64,000 bases of DNA from Myxococcota bacterium. Lineage in GTDB: Bacteria > Myxococcota_A > SURF-8. The stretch spans positions 4,096,001 to 4,160,000 of the forward strand of contig OZ223209.1 of the NCBI GenBank assembly GCA_965140415.1, in the 5' to 3' direction. The translations under genes and the position numbers were made by a program. Positions 47,879-58,284 of this stretch are shown here, piece by piece (position 1 is the first letter of the stretch; each line of letters opens with the position of its first letter). Below the pieces are notes generated by a model that was given only the letters and a program-made list of their open reading frames with translations, was not told where the DNA came from and did not search any database.

Positions 47879-49216
47879 ATGAGAAGCGCAAGCTTGATAT
47901 TGTTACTGGTCTCGTTTGCTTTGATTGGCTGTTCGCAGAATTCCTCGTCCAACGATTCCTACGATGGAGATCAGGACCAACCCGAACAGGAATTCGAGTT
48001 GGAAGACGAAACGGAACAAAAAGGAGAAGAAGCTGACGATACGCCTCAAGCACCTTCCGATGATCCCGCCGACTACCGGGTTGACACGAGTAAGACCTAC
48101 AAAATCCAGGTGTCCGATCCACGATGGGTGGTTCCCTCGGACGGTTTGCCTTCTCAGGCTCCGGCTGCGGTTTCCAACGCCAACGTGGACATCCAGTTCT
48201 TCGGCGAAAAGCTCTACATGGCTTGGCGGGCCGCCCCTTTCCACTTCGCAGGCAACGAAACCCTGATGCATGTCGTGTCTTCGACCGACGGCGGTCACAC
48301 CTGGGACTACGAAGCCACGGTGGACAAAGACACCGACGTGCGAGAGCCGCGATTTCTGGTCATCGACGGACAGTTGCAATTGACGTTCTTCGAGGCCGGG
48401 ACCGACATGTTCTCCTTTGAGCCTAAACGGCTGTGGCGTATGTTTTACCAGAGTCCCGGCAGTTGGACCGAACCCGAAATCATGTTGGACAGCCCGGAAG
48501 TGTTGTGGGATGTGAAGACCCGGAACGGGAAGGTCTACATGACCTCCTACCGGGGGAACCATTACGACGTTTCGGGCGAGAGCCTGCTTGAAGTGCGGTT
48601 CAAATACTCCGCCGACGGCATCAACTGGCATCCCATCGACGGCAACGAAGGCGTGGTATACACGGGCGGCGTGTCGGAAGTAGCCTTTGAATTTGACGCG
48701 GAAGGCAACCTGTGGGCAGTGACGCGCAACGAAGACGGGGATGACAGCGGCTTCGGCGCGCACGTCTGCTTCGCGCCTAAAAATGCACTTTCCGAGTGGG
48801 AATGTTCGGAACGGAGTGATCCGAATCGCTATGATTCTCCGGAAATGTTCCGTCATGGAGAGGAAATCTATCTAGTAGCACGTCGCGATGTCGGCGGTCC
48901 TTACGATGAAGGGCGCGACGATCTTTCATTCGAAGAACAGAAAAGCACGTATCTGATGAATTATTCTCTTCGTCCGAAAGGAACGGCGCTTTATCGTATC
49001 AACCGGGACGAACGAAAAGTTGAGAAACTGTTTGATCTGCCAGGTTGTGGAGACAACGCATTCCCGTCGGTGCGTCGTCTTGGTACGCATGAATTTCTGA
49101 TGGCCAATTATACGAATCCGCTCGATATGACGGACAGCAACTGGCTGAATGGCCAAACATCCAGTCGGGGTACACAGATATACTTGATGACAATCTCATT
49201 TATTCAAGATGAATAA
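47879..49216 (+). CDS. Lipoprotein with Asp-box beta-propeller
   Basis: Lipobox LIGC; SSTDGGHTW, SADGINW, DVREP, GDNAFP. Confidence 0.7.
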   Translation: MRSASLILLLVSFALIGCSQNSSSNDSYDGDQDQPEQEFELEDETEQKGEEADDTPQAPSDDPADYRVDTSKTYKIQVSDPRWVVPSDGLPSQAPAAVSNANVDIQFFGEKLYMAWRAAPFHFAGNETLMHVVSSTDGGHTWDYEATVDKDTDVREPRFLVIDGQLQLTFFEAGTDMFSFEPKRLWRMFYQSPGSWTEPEIMLDSPEVLWDVKTRNGKVYMTSYRGNHYDVSGESLLEVRFKYSADGINWHPIDGNEGVVYTGGVSEVAFEFDAEGNLWAVTRNEDGDDSGFGAHVCFAPKNALSEWECSERSDPNRYDSPEMFRHGEEIYLVARRDVGGPYDEGRDDLSFEEQKSTYLMNYSLRPKGTALYRINRDERKVEKLFDLPGCGDNAFPSVRRLGTHEFLMANYTNPLDMTDSNWLNGQTSSRGTQIYLMTISFIQDE

Positions 49217-49719
49217 TACTGGTTCGTCACCTGTAATGGTTTTAGTACGTTGAAAGCCTCACCATTTCGACGTTTCCAGCAATCTCTACAGCCGATTGGG
49301 CGATGAGTTTCTCCAGAGCGAAACGAATTTCAAAGCCCGTGTATCCCGAAAGCTCCGTCCAAGCTGAAATCACTTGCCTTTTCGTGATCGCTCCGCAAAG
49401 CTGTCTTGCATGAAAATCTTGCTCATCATCACGATATTGGCCGCTTTGAATTTTTTCCTCTTCGGTTACGTCCAACGGAAACTGATCCTGCTTGTCGCCT
49501 TGCAACGTCAGCAGTTGGCCGTTTGGATAGGCGGGTATTGTCCGTTGCCTTCGCCCTTGCGGGCGGGGCGCTCCCTATACCCACCCATTATTGGCCGGGG
49601 TTGCATATATGCAACGATTCCCCTTCAGCTCATGGTTTCAATACTTTCGATTTGCATCGATTTCAGGTTCATTCGAATATGATATACTGGATCGGTCTGA
49701 ATATTCGCAAAGAGGTTTG

Positions 49720-50640
49720 ATGAATTCATCAAAACGGACAAAGAGATGGATCATCGGGGCAATTTCAGCCCCTGGTCTACTGGTATTAGTGGTGACGGTC
49801 GCCATTTTCATCCTGACGCATCGAGTAGAAGGTCACTACTTCAACTCCAATGGGATTCGGATCCATTACACTGACGAAGGAGAAGGAACGCCGGTCGTTC
49901 TGCTTCACGGATTTGCGGTCAATGCGGATCTCAATTGGCGAATCCCCGGCGTCACAGAGAAACTCGCCGATCGATTCCGCGTCATTGCTATGGATTTACG
50001 CGGTCATGGTTTGAGTTCCAAGCCACATGACCCTGATAAATACGGAACCGAGATGGTCGAGGACGTTATTCGGCTCCTCGATCACCTCAAGATCGACAAA
50101 GCGTGGGTAGCAGGCTATTCCCTGGGTGGGTTTATCGCGCTCAAACTGGCGGTTTTACATCCCGACCGTCTATTTGGAGTCGCTCCCTGCGGAGCAGGCT
50201 GGGAGCAGCCCGAGCATGGGCGATTCCTGGCTGCCCTGGATCGCTTTGCCGATCAGCTGGAGCAAGGCGGCTCCATCGGTCCGCTGGCGGCGGAAATCGA
50301 CCCGAAACGACCCAAACCTGGTTTCATCCATCGGCTATGGGTCAATCTGATGACTGGATACTTTAACGACAAGCAGGCGCTGATCGCCATGATACGAGCG
50401 ATCCCCGAACTGGCGATTACCAGGGAAGAACTAAGTGACGTGCCGGTTCCCGTTCTGGCGGTTGTAGGCGAAATCGACCTGCTGTCGGTGGGGGCAAAAT
50501 CTATGGAAGGCGTTTTGCCTGATTTACGGCTGGTGATCGTCCCCGATGCGGATCACATGCAGGTCCCTGGCAGTGATGTACTGCTGAATGAGTTGATTCG
50601 GTTCTTCAGTGGAGATGTTCGCAACGCTCCATCAGACTGA
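49720..50640 (+). CDS. Alpha/beta hydrolase with N-terminal TM
   Basis: LLHGF, DLRGHGLS, AGYSLGG, ADH. Confidence 0.85.
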   Translation: MNSSKRTKRWIIGAISAPGLLVLVVTVAIFILTHRVEGHYFNSNGIRIHYTDEGEGTPVVLLHGFAVNADLNWRIPGVTEKLADRFRVIAMDLRGHGLSSKPHDPDKYGTEMVEDVIRLLDHLKIDKAWVAGYSLGGFIALKLAVLHPDRLFGVAPCGAGWEQPEHGRFLAALDRFADQLEQGGSIGPLAAEIDPKRPKPGFIHRLWVNLMTGYFNDKQALIAMIRAIPELAITREELSDVPVPVLAVVGEIDLLSVGAKSMEGVLPDLRLVIVPDADHMQVPGSDVLLNELIRFFSGDVRNAPSD

Positions 50641-50733
50641 TGACTGGCTCGCTACGCCCGGGTCAGTCTGTTCCCTTCGAGCGATATGGCGATCCGGAAC
50701 ACGTTTTCTTCTTACGTCGACTAAAGAAGAAGC

Positions 50734-52335
50734 TCAAAGGCTCCTTCTCCGCTGGATTACCCAAAGAGGCAACAGAATGATTATTATTACGACAACAGAC
50801 CAATTCATTTCAACCTGACTGCAATCACCTCCGGCTCCGGAAGCGCCATCGACTACATCGGAATTGTTATCTCCATCTGAAAGGGAATCGCCATCGGGGT
50901 TTATCGTATCATTATCCGCCGGCTGGACATCTCCATCGGGATGCGCCTCGTCTCCGTCGGAAGCCACCTGATCGCCATCGGTCAACACATCATCGCCATC
51001 TATTGGGCGTTCATCACCGTCCGGTTCCGAGATATCACCATCCTCCGTCGGAACACATTCGCCATCCAGGCAATGTGTTCCGGGATCACAATACATCAAA
51101 GGCTGCCATTCCCCCTGCGGGTTGCATATTTCAACGGATTCAAGTCCGGCGCAGCGAAAATCATTGAAGGTGCAATCGCCTTCAGCGTCTGCGTCGCCAT
51201 CCGGCAACGAACCGCATTGTTCCGACGCCTCACCCGGACAGGTTTCCGTCCCCGTGCCACAACCATCCAAGCGCGTATCGAAGGAACCACGACCATCCGT
51301 CGCCCAGGAGTACCATTCCTCCCACCAGCCGCGATAGCTGTTGACCAGTTCTATCTGATTCGGTGTTGGCCGTTGCCCCGGATCGTATACGATCACGAAG
51401 GCCGCTTTCCAATGACACCGTTCCAAAGGCGGATCACGATCCCCCAAAACACGAACAATATCCCCAATGCTTACATCTACCCGCTCGCCTTCCACCGTCC
51501 GTTCGCTTCCTTGCGCCACCGGGAATCCATCCGTATCGCTCAGGTACGGGGTCTTGACTACGAAAGAGGGGCTGACCTCGTTTGCCAGGCGTAACCCCAT
51601 CAGGTACTGATCCAGTTCTCCATACTTCAACGCTTCACGCGTCAGGTGAAAATGGGTATCGTCGATCGGTTCTATAGTGTTTGCGTACATCACCGAAGGT
51701 TGATTCAGGTAAATGGACCAATGGCGATTGAAATCCTCCGCCGGATGACCGTTGCAGGTCTCGCCCGTCGTCGATCCACCGCCGTTGCCGGTGTAAGCCC
51801 GCAACAGGCATTGTGTTCCATTTCCATCGTTCAGATCGAAGCTGGCGTTGGCCAGCCACTGGTGGCCGAATTCGTGGCCCATCAACTCTAAAGTGGACAG
51901 AGTAAAGCCGAAGATGCCTGAATACGTGGTGTCAGGATCGTCGGTTATGTAATTCAGACTGCCCATCTTTACGGCGTGGCGCAGCCGTGTACTACAGAAT
52001 TGCGCTCGTGAATCTCCCATCTCCAGCCCGGTACCGAGACTGGGAGAGTACACCGGAAAGCCGCTAGCGACATTGGCGAGCATGCCCAGGGAGCGTGTGG
52101 TATAGATGAAGAGAGCGTCGTAGCTGTCCGGCATTTCCCGATAGAAGGCGCAGGCGGCGCGCATCTGGAAACCGTACGTAATCATATCCGAATGAATCGA
52201 GCCGTCTGAATCCTCGATCAGGACAACGTTTCCGACAACCTCAGCGTAAATCGGGAGACTCACGATGGAGGAAAAAAGAAAAAGGAGGATGCTTGCATAC
52301 AATTTCAACACAGTTTTGCTCCCTGGAACTTGCAC
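50734..52335 (-). CDS. Secreted zinc metallopeptidase-like protein with DGD linker and C-terminal GGxC-TM-basic anchor
   Basis: HEFGHQWL..HWS..LDQYLMGL; C-terminus GAGGDCSQ..VVVIIIILLPLWVIQRRR. Start uncertain. Confidence 0.75.
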   Translation of the reverse strand: MQVPGSKTVLKLYASILLFLFSSIVSLPIYAEVVGNVVLIEDSDGSIHSDMITYGFQMRAACAFYREMPDSYDALFIYTTRSLGMLANVASGFPVYSPSLGTGLEMGDSRAQFCSTRLRHAVKMGSLNYITDDPDTTYSGIFGFTLSTLELMGHEFGHQWLANASFDLNDGNGTQCLLRAYTGNGGGSTTGETCNGHPAEDFNRHWSIYLNQPSVMYANTIEPIDDTHFHLTREALKYGELDQYLMGLRLANEVSPSFVVKTPYLSDTDGFPVAQGSERTVEGERVDVSIGDIVRVLGDRDPPLERCHWKAAFVIVYDPGQRPTPNQIELVNSYRGWWEEWYSWATDGRGSFDTRLDGCGTGTETCPGEASEQCGSLPDGDADAEGDCTFNDFRCAGLESVEICNPQGEWQPLMYCDPGTHCLDGECVPTEDGDISEPDGDERPIDGDDVLTDGDQVASDGDEAHPDGDVQPADNDTINPDGDSLSDGDNNSDVVDGASGAGGDCSQVEMNWSVVVIIIILLPLWVIQRRRSL

Positions 52336-52499
52336 TGCTTGGTTTGGTTTCGGTGTTTATCAGAACACTCAATTACCAGGAATGTACCATGAGACCACTG
52401 AACAGACAATGATTCGATCTGAGATATCCGTATCTTTCCGGCCTGGCATGTGCTAGGGTCAATTCATCGACTTACTCCTTCCGGGATCGGAGCATTTGC

Positions 52500-53375
52500 A
52501 TGGACATGATCGGAACTCCGCACGAAACCCGTGTGCAAGATACCACCATCGTGTGGGGTGAGATGGGCGACGGCCCGCCATTGGTACTGTTGCACGGGCT
52601 GTTCGATTCGCACCGCACCTGGCGGCGCGTGGCGCCGTTGCTGGCAACGAAATACTGCGTCCTGATGCCCGATCTGCCGGGCAACGGCTATTCGGGCCGC
52701 CCGGATGCCCCCTACACCCTGGACTGGAATGCGGATGTCGTGTCGGACTGGATGGCGGCTATTGGAGTGAATACGGCCCATATCTGCGGGCATTCCTACG
52801 GCGGCGGTGTCGTCCAGTGGATGTTGCTCAATCATCGGGAACGGATCGAGCGCTTGGCGCTGGTGTCCTCGGGAGGACTAGGGCGCGGAGTGGCGCTGGG
52901 GATGCGTTTGGCAGCCTTTCCCTTCTTCGGCTCCAGGATCACCCCGTTTGCGCTCCGTTATGGCCTTCCGCGCGTCCTGAAGTACATCTCCGGCACCTTC
53001 GGAAACATGGAAACAGACGAGCAGGAGCGCTTCATAGAAATGAGCCGCATTCCCGGCACGGAAATGGCCTTTCAGCGGACGCTGACAGGCGTCATCAATG
53101 TCTTCGGCCAATACATGCAGACCTCCCAGCGCTCAGAGGAAGTGGACGACATGCCGCCGGTGGCGATGTTCTGGGGCGAGAAGGATCCCATCATCCCGAT
53201 TCGCCATGGGCGGGAGGCGGTAAAGCGTTCGGAGAACATCACACTCACCACCTATAAGAAATGTGGGCACTATCCCCATCTCGATGCGACTGAAGCCTTT
53301 GCGCGTGATCTGTTGGCCTTTCTCGACGATCCAAAAGCCCGTCCGGCGCGGATGGGATCGAAGGCGACTGCATAA
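52500..53375 (+). CDS. Alpha/beta hydrolase
   Basis: LLHGL, DLPGNGYS, GHSYGG, WGEKDPII, GHYPH. Confidence 0.88.
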   Translation: MDMIGTPHETRVQDTTIVWGEMGDGPPLVLLHGLFDSHRTWRRVAPLLATKYCVLMPDLPGNGYSGRPDAPYTLDWNADVVSDWMAAIGVNTAHICGHSYGGGVVQWMLLNHRERIERLALVSSGGLGRGVALGMRLAAFPFFGSRITPFALRYGLPRVLKYISGTFGNMETDEQERFIEMSRIPGTEMAFQRTLTGVINVFGQYMQTSQRSEEVDDMPPVAMFWGEKDPIIPIRHGREAVKRSENITLTTYKKCGHYPHLDATEAFARDLLAFLDDPKARPARMGSKATA

Positions 53376-53397
53376 CAGACGGTCATTCTGTCGGCTC

Positions 53398-54168
53398 TTA
53401 CCGATACCGCTCCACCGGGTCCTGCTGGTAAAAACTTTTCAGTTGGTCGTAGAGTTCCGGGTGGCAGCGGGAGAGCTTTTCGGGCTGCTCGAAAAACACC
53501 TCCGTTACCACGGCGAAGAATTCCGGAGGGTTCTTGGTGGCGTAGGGGCGAATGAACGCCGGGCATCGCCCTTCGATTCGCTTGGTGAGATTCTGGTATT
53601 CCTCGCCCAACACTCTGGCCCATGCGATGTAATGCGAGCGCTTCTCCAGTTTCGGCGCGCCGTCGTCCGCTCCGTCTTCGCCGTCCAGCTGATGGGCGAA
53701 TTCATGGAATACGAGGTTGTGCCCGTCGTTCACATCCGCCGCACCCTTTTTGACGTCGTCCCAGGACAGCACCACCTCGCCCCTGCGCCAACTCTCGCCA
53801 AGCCGAACCTCCTGCCTCTCTTCGAGCAGGCCGCCGGGTCCGCGACTAGTCAGAGTCGCCATGTAAGCCTGAGGATAGACGATGATCGTGCTCAGCCCCG
53901 GGTAATAGTCCGTTTTGCGGTGCAGCAGCAGCATACAAGCCTGGGCGGCGATGGTCACACGGATCTCGTCCGTGATCTCCACGCCATGCACGCCTTCGAA
54001 ATGCATTTCCGCAAGGAAGACCTGAATGTGGCCCTTGAGTTCAATCTGCTCTTCGGGCCGAAGCATCTTGTAATATGGCACGTTCCGTTCGATATGCGCG
54101 CACCACTCCTGCGGGAAGGGGTTTTGGCGTATCTTTTCACGCCGTCTGTTTTTGAACCAGCTAAACAT
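53398..54168 (-). CDS. mtfA: MtfA-like peptidase M90 zinc-dependent protein
   Basis: IAAQAC, IIVYP, GESW..GEVVLSW, NLVFHEFAHQLD, YATKNPPEFFAVVTEVFFE. Confidence 0.88.
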   Translation of the reverse strand: MFSWFKNRRREKIRQNPFPQEWCAHIERNVPYYKMLRPEEQIELKGHIQVFLAEMHFEGVHGVEITDEIRVTIAAQACMLLLHRKTDYYPGLSTIIVYPQAYMATLTSRGPGGLLEERQEVRLGESWRRGEVVLSWDDVKKGAADVNDGHNLVFHEFAHQLDGEDGADDGAPKLEKRSHYIAWARVLGEEYQNLTKRIEGRCPAFIRPYATKNPPEFFAVVTEVFFEQPEKLSRCHPELYDQLKSFYQQDPVERYR

Positions 54169-54274
54169 GGAAAGGAATCATAGCATCTAATCGTAGAGAT
54201 TCCAACATTTTGAAAAAGGGGCGGTGGCAGAAGCCGATTCTTTTCACTATGAATAAGCTCTGAATAGCAGTCCC

Positions 54275-54390
54275 TGTTTCATGAGATTGACCTCCTATTG
54301 GGGTGGAAAATTGGGCGCACTTGTCTGGTCTTCAACCGGAATGGATGATTGGAGATGTGCTGAAATGGCTGGGAAAGTCCGGCTAGAATG
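54275..54390 (-). repeat. Orphan second copy of the DUF2958 leader with a stub of the gene start
   Basis: Matches 12600-12709; RBS GGAGG then ATG 54282 reads MKQGLLFRAYS* versus MKQKLLPQSIR. Confidence 0.65.
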
Positions 54391-54490
54391 CGCTGTCTTC
54401 TTCTATGCTTATAACACATAATGAGGTGAAGTTTCGGAACAGGATCGCCTTTCATGGAATATGGATCCAGGGTTTTTCATCTATGAAATA

Positions 54491-54518
54491 TTACGGTATT
54501 CGTAAACGGTATTCGTTT
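54491..54518. promoter_or_regulatory. Candidate PadR operator
   Basis: ACGGTATTCGT direct repeat at 54493 and 54506; each copy is an imperfect palindrome (TTACG-N5-CGTAA, AAACG-N5-CGTTT) 14 bp before the padR ATG. Confidence 0.65.
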
Positions 54519-54532
54519 AGAAAGTTGTCGCA

Positions 54533-54862
54533 ATGAAAGAAGTCGAACGCGAAATTCTATTGGCTTTCTGGAAAATCCACATCCTGCATCACGCAGCCAA
54601 GGAGCCGGTTTACGGCCAGTGGATGCTCACCGAATTGCGCCATCACGGCTACGACGTTAGCCCAGGGACGCTTTACCCGATGCTTAAACGCATGGAGCGC
54701 CACGACTGGCTCGTTTCAGAGCGGGACAAGTCCGCCGGACCAAAGGGTCGCATCGACTACCGCATCACCGAATATGGCCGCGAGGTTCTCACCCTTGTTC
54801 AGCGACAACTTCATGAATTGAGTGATGAATTGGATGAGCAACCGACGACGGCAACACTCTGA
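54533..54862 (+). CDS. PadR-family regulator
   Basis: HILHHA..VYG..SPGTLYPMLKRME..YRITEYG. Confidence 0.9.
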   Translation: MKEVEREILLAFWKIHILHHAAKEPVYGQWMLTELRHHGYDVSPGTLYPMLKRMERHDWLVSERDKSAGPKGRIDYRITEYGREVLTLVQRQLHELSDELDEQPTTATL

Positions 54863-54889
54863 TATGCCACATGGAGAAAGGGAATCACC

Positions 54890-55378
54890 ATGCCATCCAT
54901 ACTCGAAAAAATAAGCCGAACTCACGCCCCGACCGCTATCTGGCTGATCCGACTGGCGCTGGGCGGGGTTTTCCTGTCTGAAGGCATTCAGAAATTCCTC
55001 TACCCGGCAGCTCACGGCGCGGGGCGCTTCGAATCCATTGGGATTCCCGCGCCGGAAATCATGGGACCGTTTATCGGTTCACTAGAAATCGTCTGTGGCT
55101 TATTCGTGCTGGCGGGACTCCTGATTCGCCCGGCAACGGTGATTCTTGGCTCCATCATGGTTGTGGCGATTGTCTCAACCAAGATTCCGATGGGCATCGG
55201 TAGCGGCTACTGGCTCTTCGCCGATCTGGCCGCCAACAAGATCGGCTTCTGGTCCATGCTGCACGAGAGCCGCACGGACTTCGCCATGCTGACCGGTTCG
55301 CTGTTCCTGCTCATCGTCGGAGCCGTACCGCTTTCGTTGGATGCAAAACTCGACCGCTTCCTCAAGGGGGCGTCATGA
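54890..55378 (+). CDS. DoxX-family membrane protein
   Basis: LIRLALGGVFLSEGIQKFL, EIVCG, HESRTD, SLD. Confidence 0.88.
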   Translation: MPSILEKISRTHAPTAIWLIRLALGGVFLSEGIQKFLYPAAHGAGRFESIGIPAPEIMGPFIGSLEIVCGLFVLAGLLIRPATVILGSIMVVAIVSTKIPMGIGSGYWLFADLAANKIGFWSMLHESRTDFAMLTGSLFLLIVGAVPLSLDAKLDRFLKGAS

Positions 55379-56583
55379 ATGAACAAGATCGTAACACGCA
55401 AAACAATGAAACAACCAACACCGCCGACAGGGAAAACGGGACGACTCCACGGACATCATTGAAAGAACTGGCGCTTCTGTTCTTCCGACTGGGAGCGACG
55501 GCCTTCGGTGGCCCGGCGGCGCACATCGCCATGATGGAAGACGAGGTTGTCAAGCGCCGCAAATGGCTTTCCGAGGAGCGTTTCCTTGACCTGCTCGGCG
55601 CGACGAACCTGATTCCCGGCCCCAATTCTACCGAGATGGCCATTCACATAGGCTGGCAGCGGCGGCGCTGGACCGGGTTGCTGGTGGCTGGATCGGCCTT
55701 CATCCTGCCCGCCATGCTGATCGTCGGCATCTTCGCCTGGGTGTACGTGACCTACGGCTCGCTTCCCCAGGTGGACTGGCTGCTCTACGGCGTCAAGCCG
55801 GTCGTCATCGCGGTGGTGGTGCAGGCGCTCTGGGGGCTTGCGCCGAAGGCGGCCAAGAACTGGCCTCTGCGGATTCTCGCCGTCATCGCCGTCGCGGCGG
55901 TGTTGTTCGGTGTCAACGAGATCGCCGTGCTCTTCGGCGCGGGTGCGGTCATGCTTGTGGGGAGTAAAATCAAATCAGGCGGCGGATCGTCGCTCAACGG
56001 CTTCGCCCCGATTCTGCCCATGCTCAGCCTTTCTGCCGTTAGCCAAACGGTCACGCTTTCGGGCCTGTTTTGGGTCTTCGCCAAGATCGGCTCGGTGCTT
56101 TTCGGCAGCGGTTATGTGCTGTTGGCCTTTCTCCGGGCCGATCTCGTCGAGCGTCTGGGCTGGTTGACCGAGGCGCAGTTGATCGATGCCGTAGCCGTCG
56201 GCCAGGTAACGCCCGGCCCGGTCTTCACCACGGCCACCTTCATCGGCTATCTGCTCTCCGGCCCGACTGGCGCACTGGTCGCCACTGTGGGCATTTTTCT
56301 TCCGGCCTTCATTTTCGTGGCGCTCTCCGGTCCTCTGGTGCCGCGCCTCAGGAATTCTGACCTGGCCGGAGCCTTCCTCGACGGCGTCAACGTCGCCTCG
56401 CTGGCGCTGATGGCGGTCGTGACGGCCTACCTGACCCATGCGGCTGTCGTGGACTGGGCGACGGCGATTCTCGGCGTGTTGAGCGCGATATTACTGTTAC
56501 GCTTCAAGCTGAATTCCACTTGGCTGATCGCGGGCGGTGCGCTGACGGGACTGCTGTTGAAGGGGACGGGGATTTCGTTCTGA
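55375..56583 (+). CDS. chrA: Chromate efflux transporter (long-chain CHR)
   Basis: LGATAFGGPAAHI, IPGPNSTE, FGSGYVL, GQVTPGP. Confidence 0.93.
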   Translation: MNEQDRNTQNNETTNTADRENGTTPRTSLKELALLFFRLGATAFGGPAAHIAMMEDEVVKRRKWLSEERFLDLLGATNLIPGPNSTEMAIHIGWQRRRWTGLLVAGSAFILPAMLIVGIFAWVYVTYGSLPQVDWLLYGVKPVVIAVVVQALWGLAPKAAKNWPLRILAVIAVAAVLFGVNEIAVLFGAGAVMLVGSKIKSGGGSSLNGFAPILPMLSLSAVSQTVTLSGLFWVFAKIGSVLFGSGYVLLAFLRADLVERLGWLTEAQLIDAVAVGQVTPGPVFTTATFIGYLLSGPTGALVATVGIFLPAFIFVALSGPLVPRLRNSDLAGAFLDGVNVASLALMAVVTAYLTHAAVVDWATAILGVLSAILLLRFKLNSTWLIAGGALTGLLLKGTGISF

Positions 56584-56731
56584 GAGGTGTAGTAACAATA
56601 GCGGCGGAGATTATTTGCGCCCAGATCCGCGCGGTGCTCTGGCAGACATGGACGATGTCGGCTCCGGTCAGGCCGGGGCAGCCTGTTTCTCTCGAGCGAC
56701 ATGGCAATCCGGCAAACGCATTCCACCTAGA

Positions 56732-56905
56732 TCATCTAAAAGAAGAAGTGAAAGACTCGGATTCAGGATCAGTATGGTCATCGCCATCCGATACATCCCC
56801 ATCGGGATCGGACCCTTCGTTTTCGGACTCTTGCATGTCGCCATCATCGCAGGATGCGAGTAAGAATGTGATGGCAATCGCAATGAATAGATTTCGCAAG
56901 GGCAT
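56732..56905 (-). pseudogene. Truncated DGD lipoprotein (signal + linker only)
   Basis: MPLRNLFIAIAITFLLASC DDGD..PDGDVSDGD then stop; no passenger domain. Confidence 0.5.
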
Positions 56906-57080
56906 GGGTTTTATCTCCATGATATTATTATCAGCGGAGAGGATACCGATTGCAAGCATAAGTTATTGACCAGCAAGATCGCCTGTTGACAGCCGCCATG
57001 GGTTCCGGCAAACTCTACATAATCAAATGATCATCAGCCGTGAGAATCAACCTGCAAGCTACTTTTCCGAGGAGACGATT

Positions 57081-57947
57081 ATGCTTTTACTGCAACGCTT
57101 ATTCCCACGAGTCGCTTGTCTGCTAATCCTGCTTATAAGTTATTCAGCCTGCGAAGACGACGACCGCATCTCCTTCACCTCCGACGGCGACGACGCCGAG
57201 TCAGCCTCCGAGACGGAAATGGAAACGGACGGAGACCTCGATAACGAGCGAATGGAGGAGGTGGACAGTTCGCCTGACGGGGATATCGAAACCGAAACGG
57301 AAGAGCAATCCTTGCCATGTGAAGGACCGTGCTCCACCGATGCTTTCGAAGCGTATTGCTCGGACAGCCGCCACCTCTGCGTTTGCGGTGAAAACGGACA
57401 GATGAGCTCCCGGGAGTGCAAAGACCACAGAAGCCGTATGCCCAATGGCTGCAACACTCATTGCCTTTCCCGCGAAGGCGTCGGAGCCGACTGCGTGTGC
57501 ACCAACGGTCTTTGCTTCAACGATTTAGACTGCCGCATCATGGATAAGGGTGATTACTGCGTGTCCTTTCTGATGAACAATTATTGCGCCGCAGAGTGCC
57601 CGGTGGTCACTTGCGATGACGGCTCTCCCTGTATCGACGTTGCCCGCCCCGGCGGACGCGGGGTGTGTTTTCCGCAAGGCATCAAACCGGACGAGGAATG
57701 TCAGGCCGTCGGACTGCCCTGCACCGATGGCAAGCTTTGTTCGACCGTATGCCTGGGCCTCGTCACAGACGGTGCGCTTTTTTGCTTGGAGCCCTGCCAA
57801 GCCCTTTCTAATTCCTGCGCCGAAGACGAAATCTGCATGGGGTATGACCAAGACCGAGACGGTCGCGTGGATCACGGGGTCTGCTCGCAGCCCTTCACCA
57901 GCTATCCGGATTGCGGGTGGCCATCGGAAGATGGCGATGAAAATTAG
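57081..57947 (+). CDS. Cys-rich lipoprotein with DGD linker
   Basis: GAGGAG RBS, lipobox YSAC, Cys-rich C-terminal two-thirds. Confidence 0.75.
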   Translation: MLLLQRLFPRVACLLILLISYSACEDDDRISFTSDGDDAESASETEMETDGDLDNERMEEVDSSPDGDIETETEEQSLPCEGPCSTDAFEAYCSDSRHLCVCGENGQMSSRECKDHRSRMPNGCNTHCLSREGVGADCVCTNGLCFNDLDCRIMDKGDYCVSFLMNNYCAAECPVVTCDDGSPCIDVARPGGRGVCFPQGIKPDEECQAVGLPCTDGKLCSTVCLGLVTDGALFCLEPCQALSNSCAEDEICMGYDQDRDGRVDHGVCSQPFTSYPDCGWPSEDGDEN

Positions 57948-58284
57948 CCGCAAGAAGGTCGCTCCATTTGCTCTTTAGGATCATTTCGGACGACCTCACC
58001 GCACCGAATGCTTTTTCCAGATCCACTCCGAACCGAATCTGTGATTTCCGGCTTGGCGTCGGAAAACGTTTTCCGCCTTATCCTGCTATAAGAAGAAGCG
58101 CAAGTGCTCCTTCTCCGTCGAATTGCTCGGCTTGAGGATGGATGGCGGGATCGGGTGCTGTAGCGCTTAGGACAACTAACGCTTGATGAACTACCGGATA
58201 AGCAGTTCAGCACCGAGCTTGACGCCTTCGGTTGGAGGCATAGGAGAATCGTCAAGCTCAACGAAATTTTCTATTTTGACTTTA

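Noticed and set aside
49410-49530. Transposase N-terminal relic (LVALQRQQLAV)
   Set aside because: Resembles the LALRQQLAV start of integrase-type transposases but is too short to support.
57950-58280. Gene interrupted by IS5
   Set aside because: No recognisable protein in any frame and no perfect target duplication linking the flanks.
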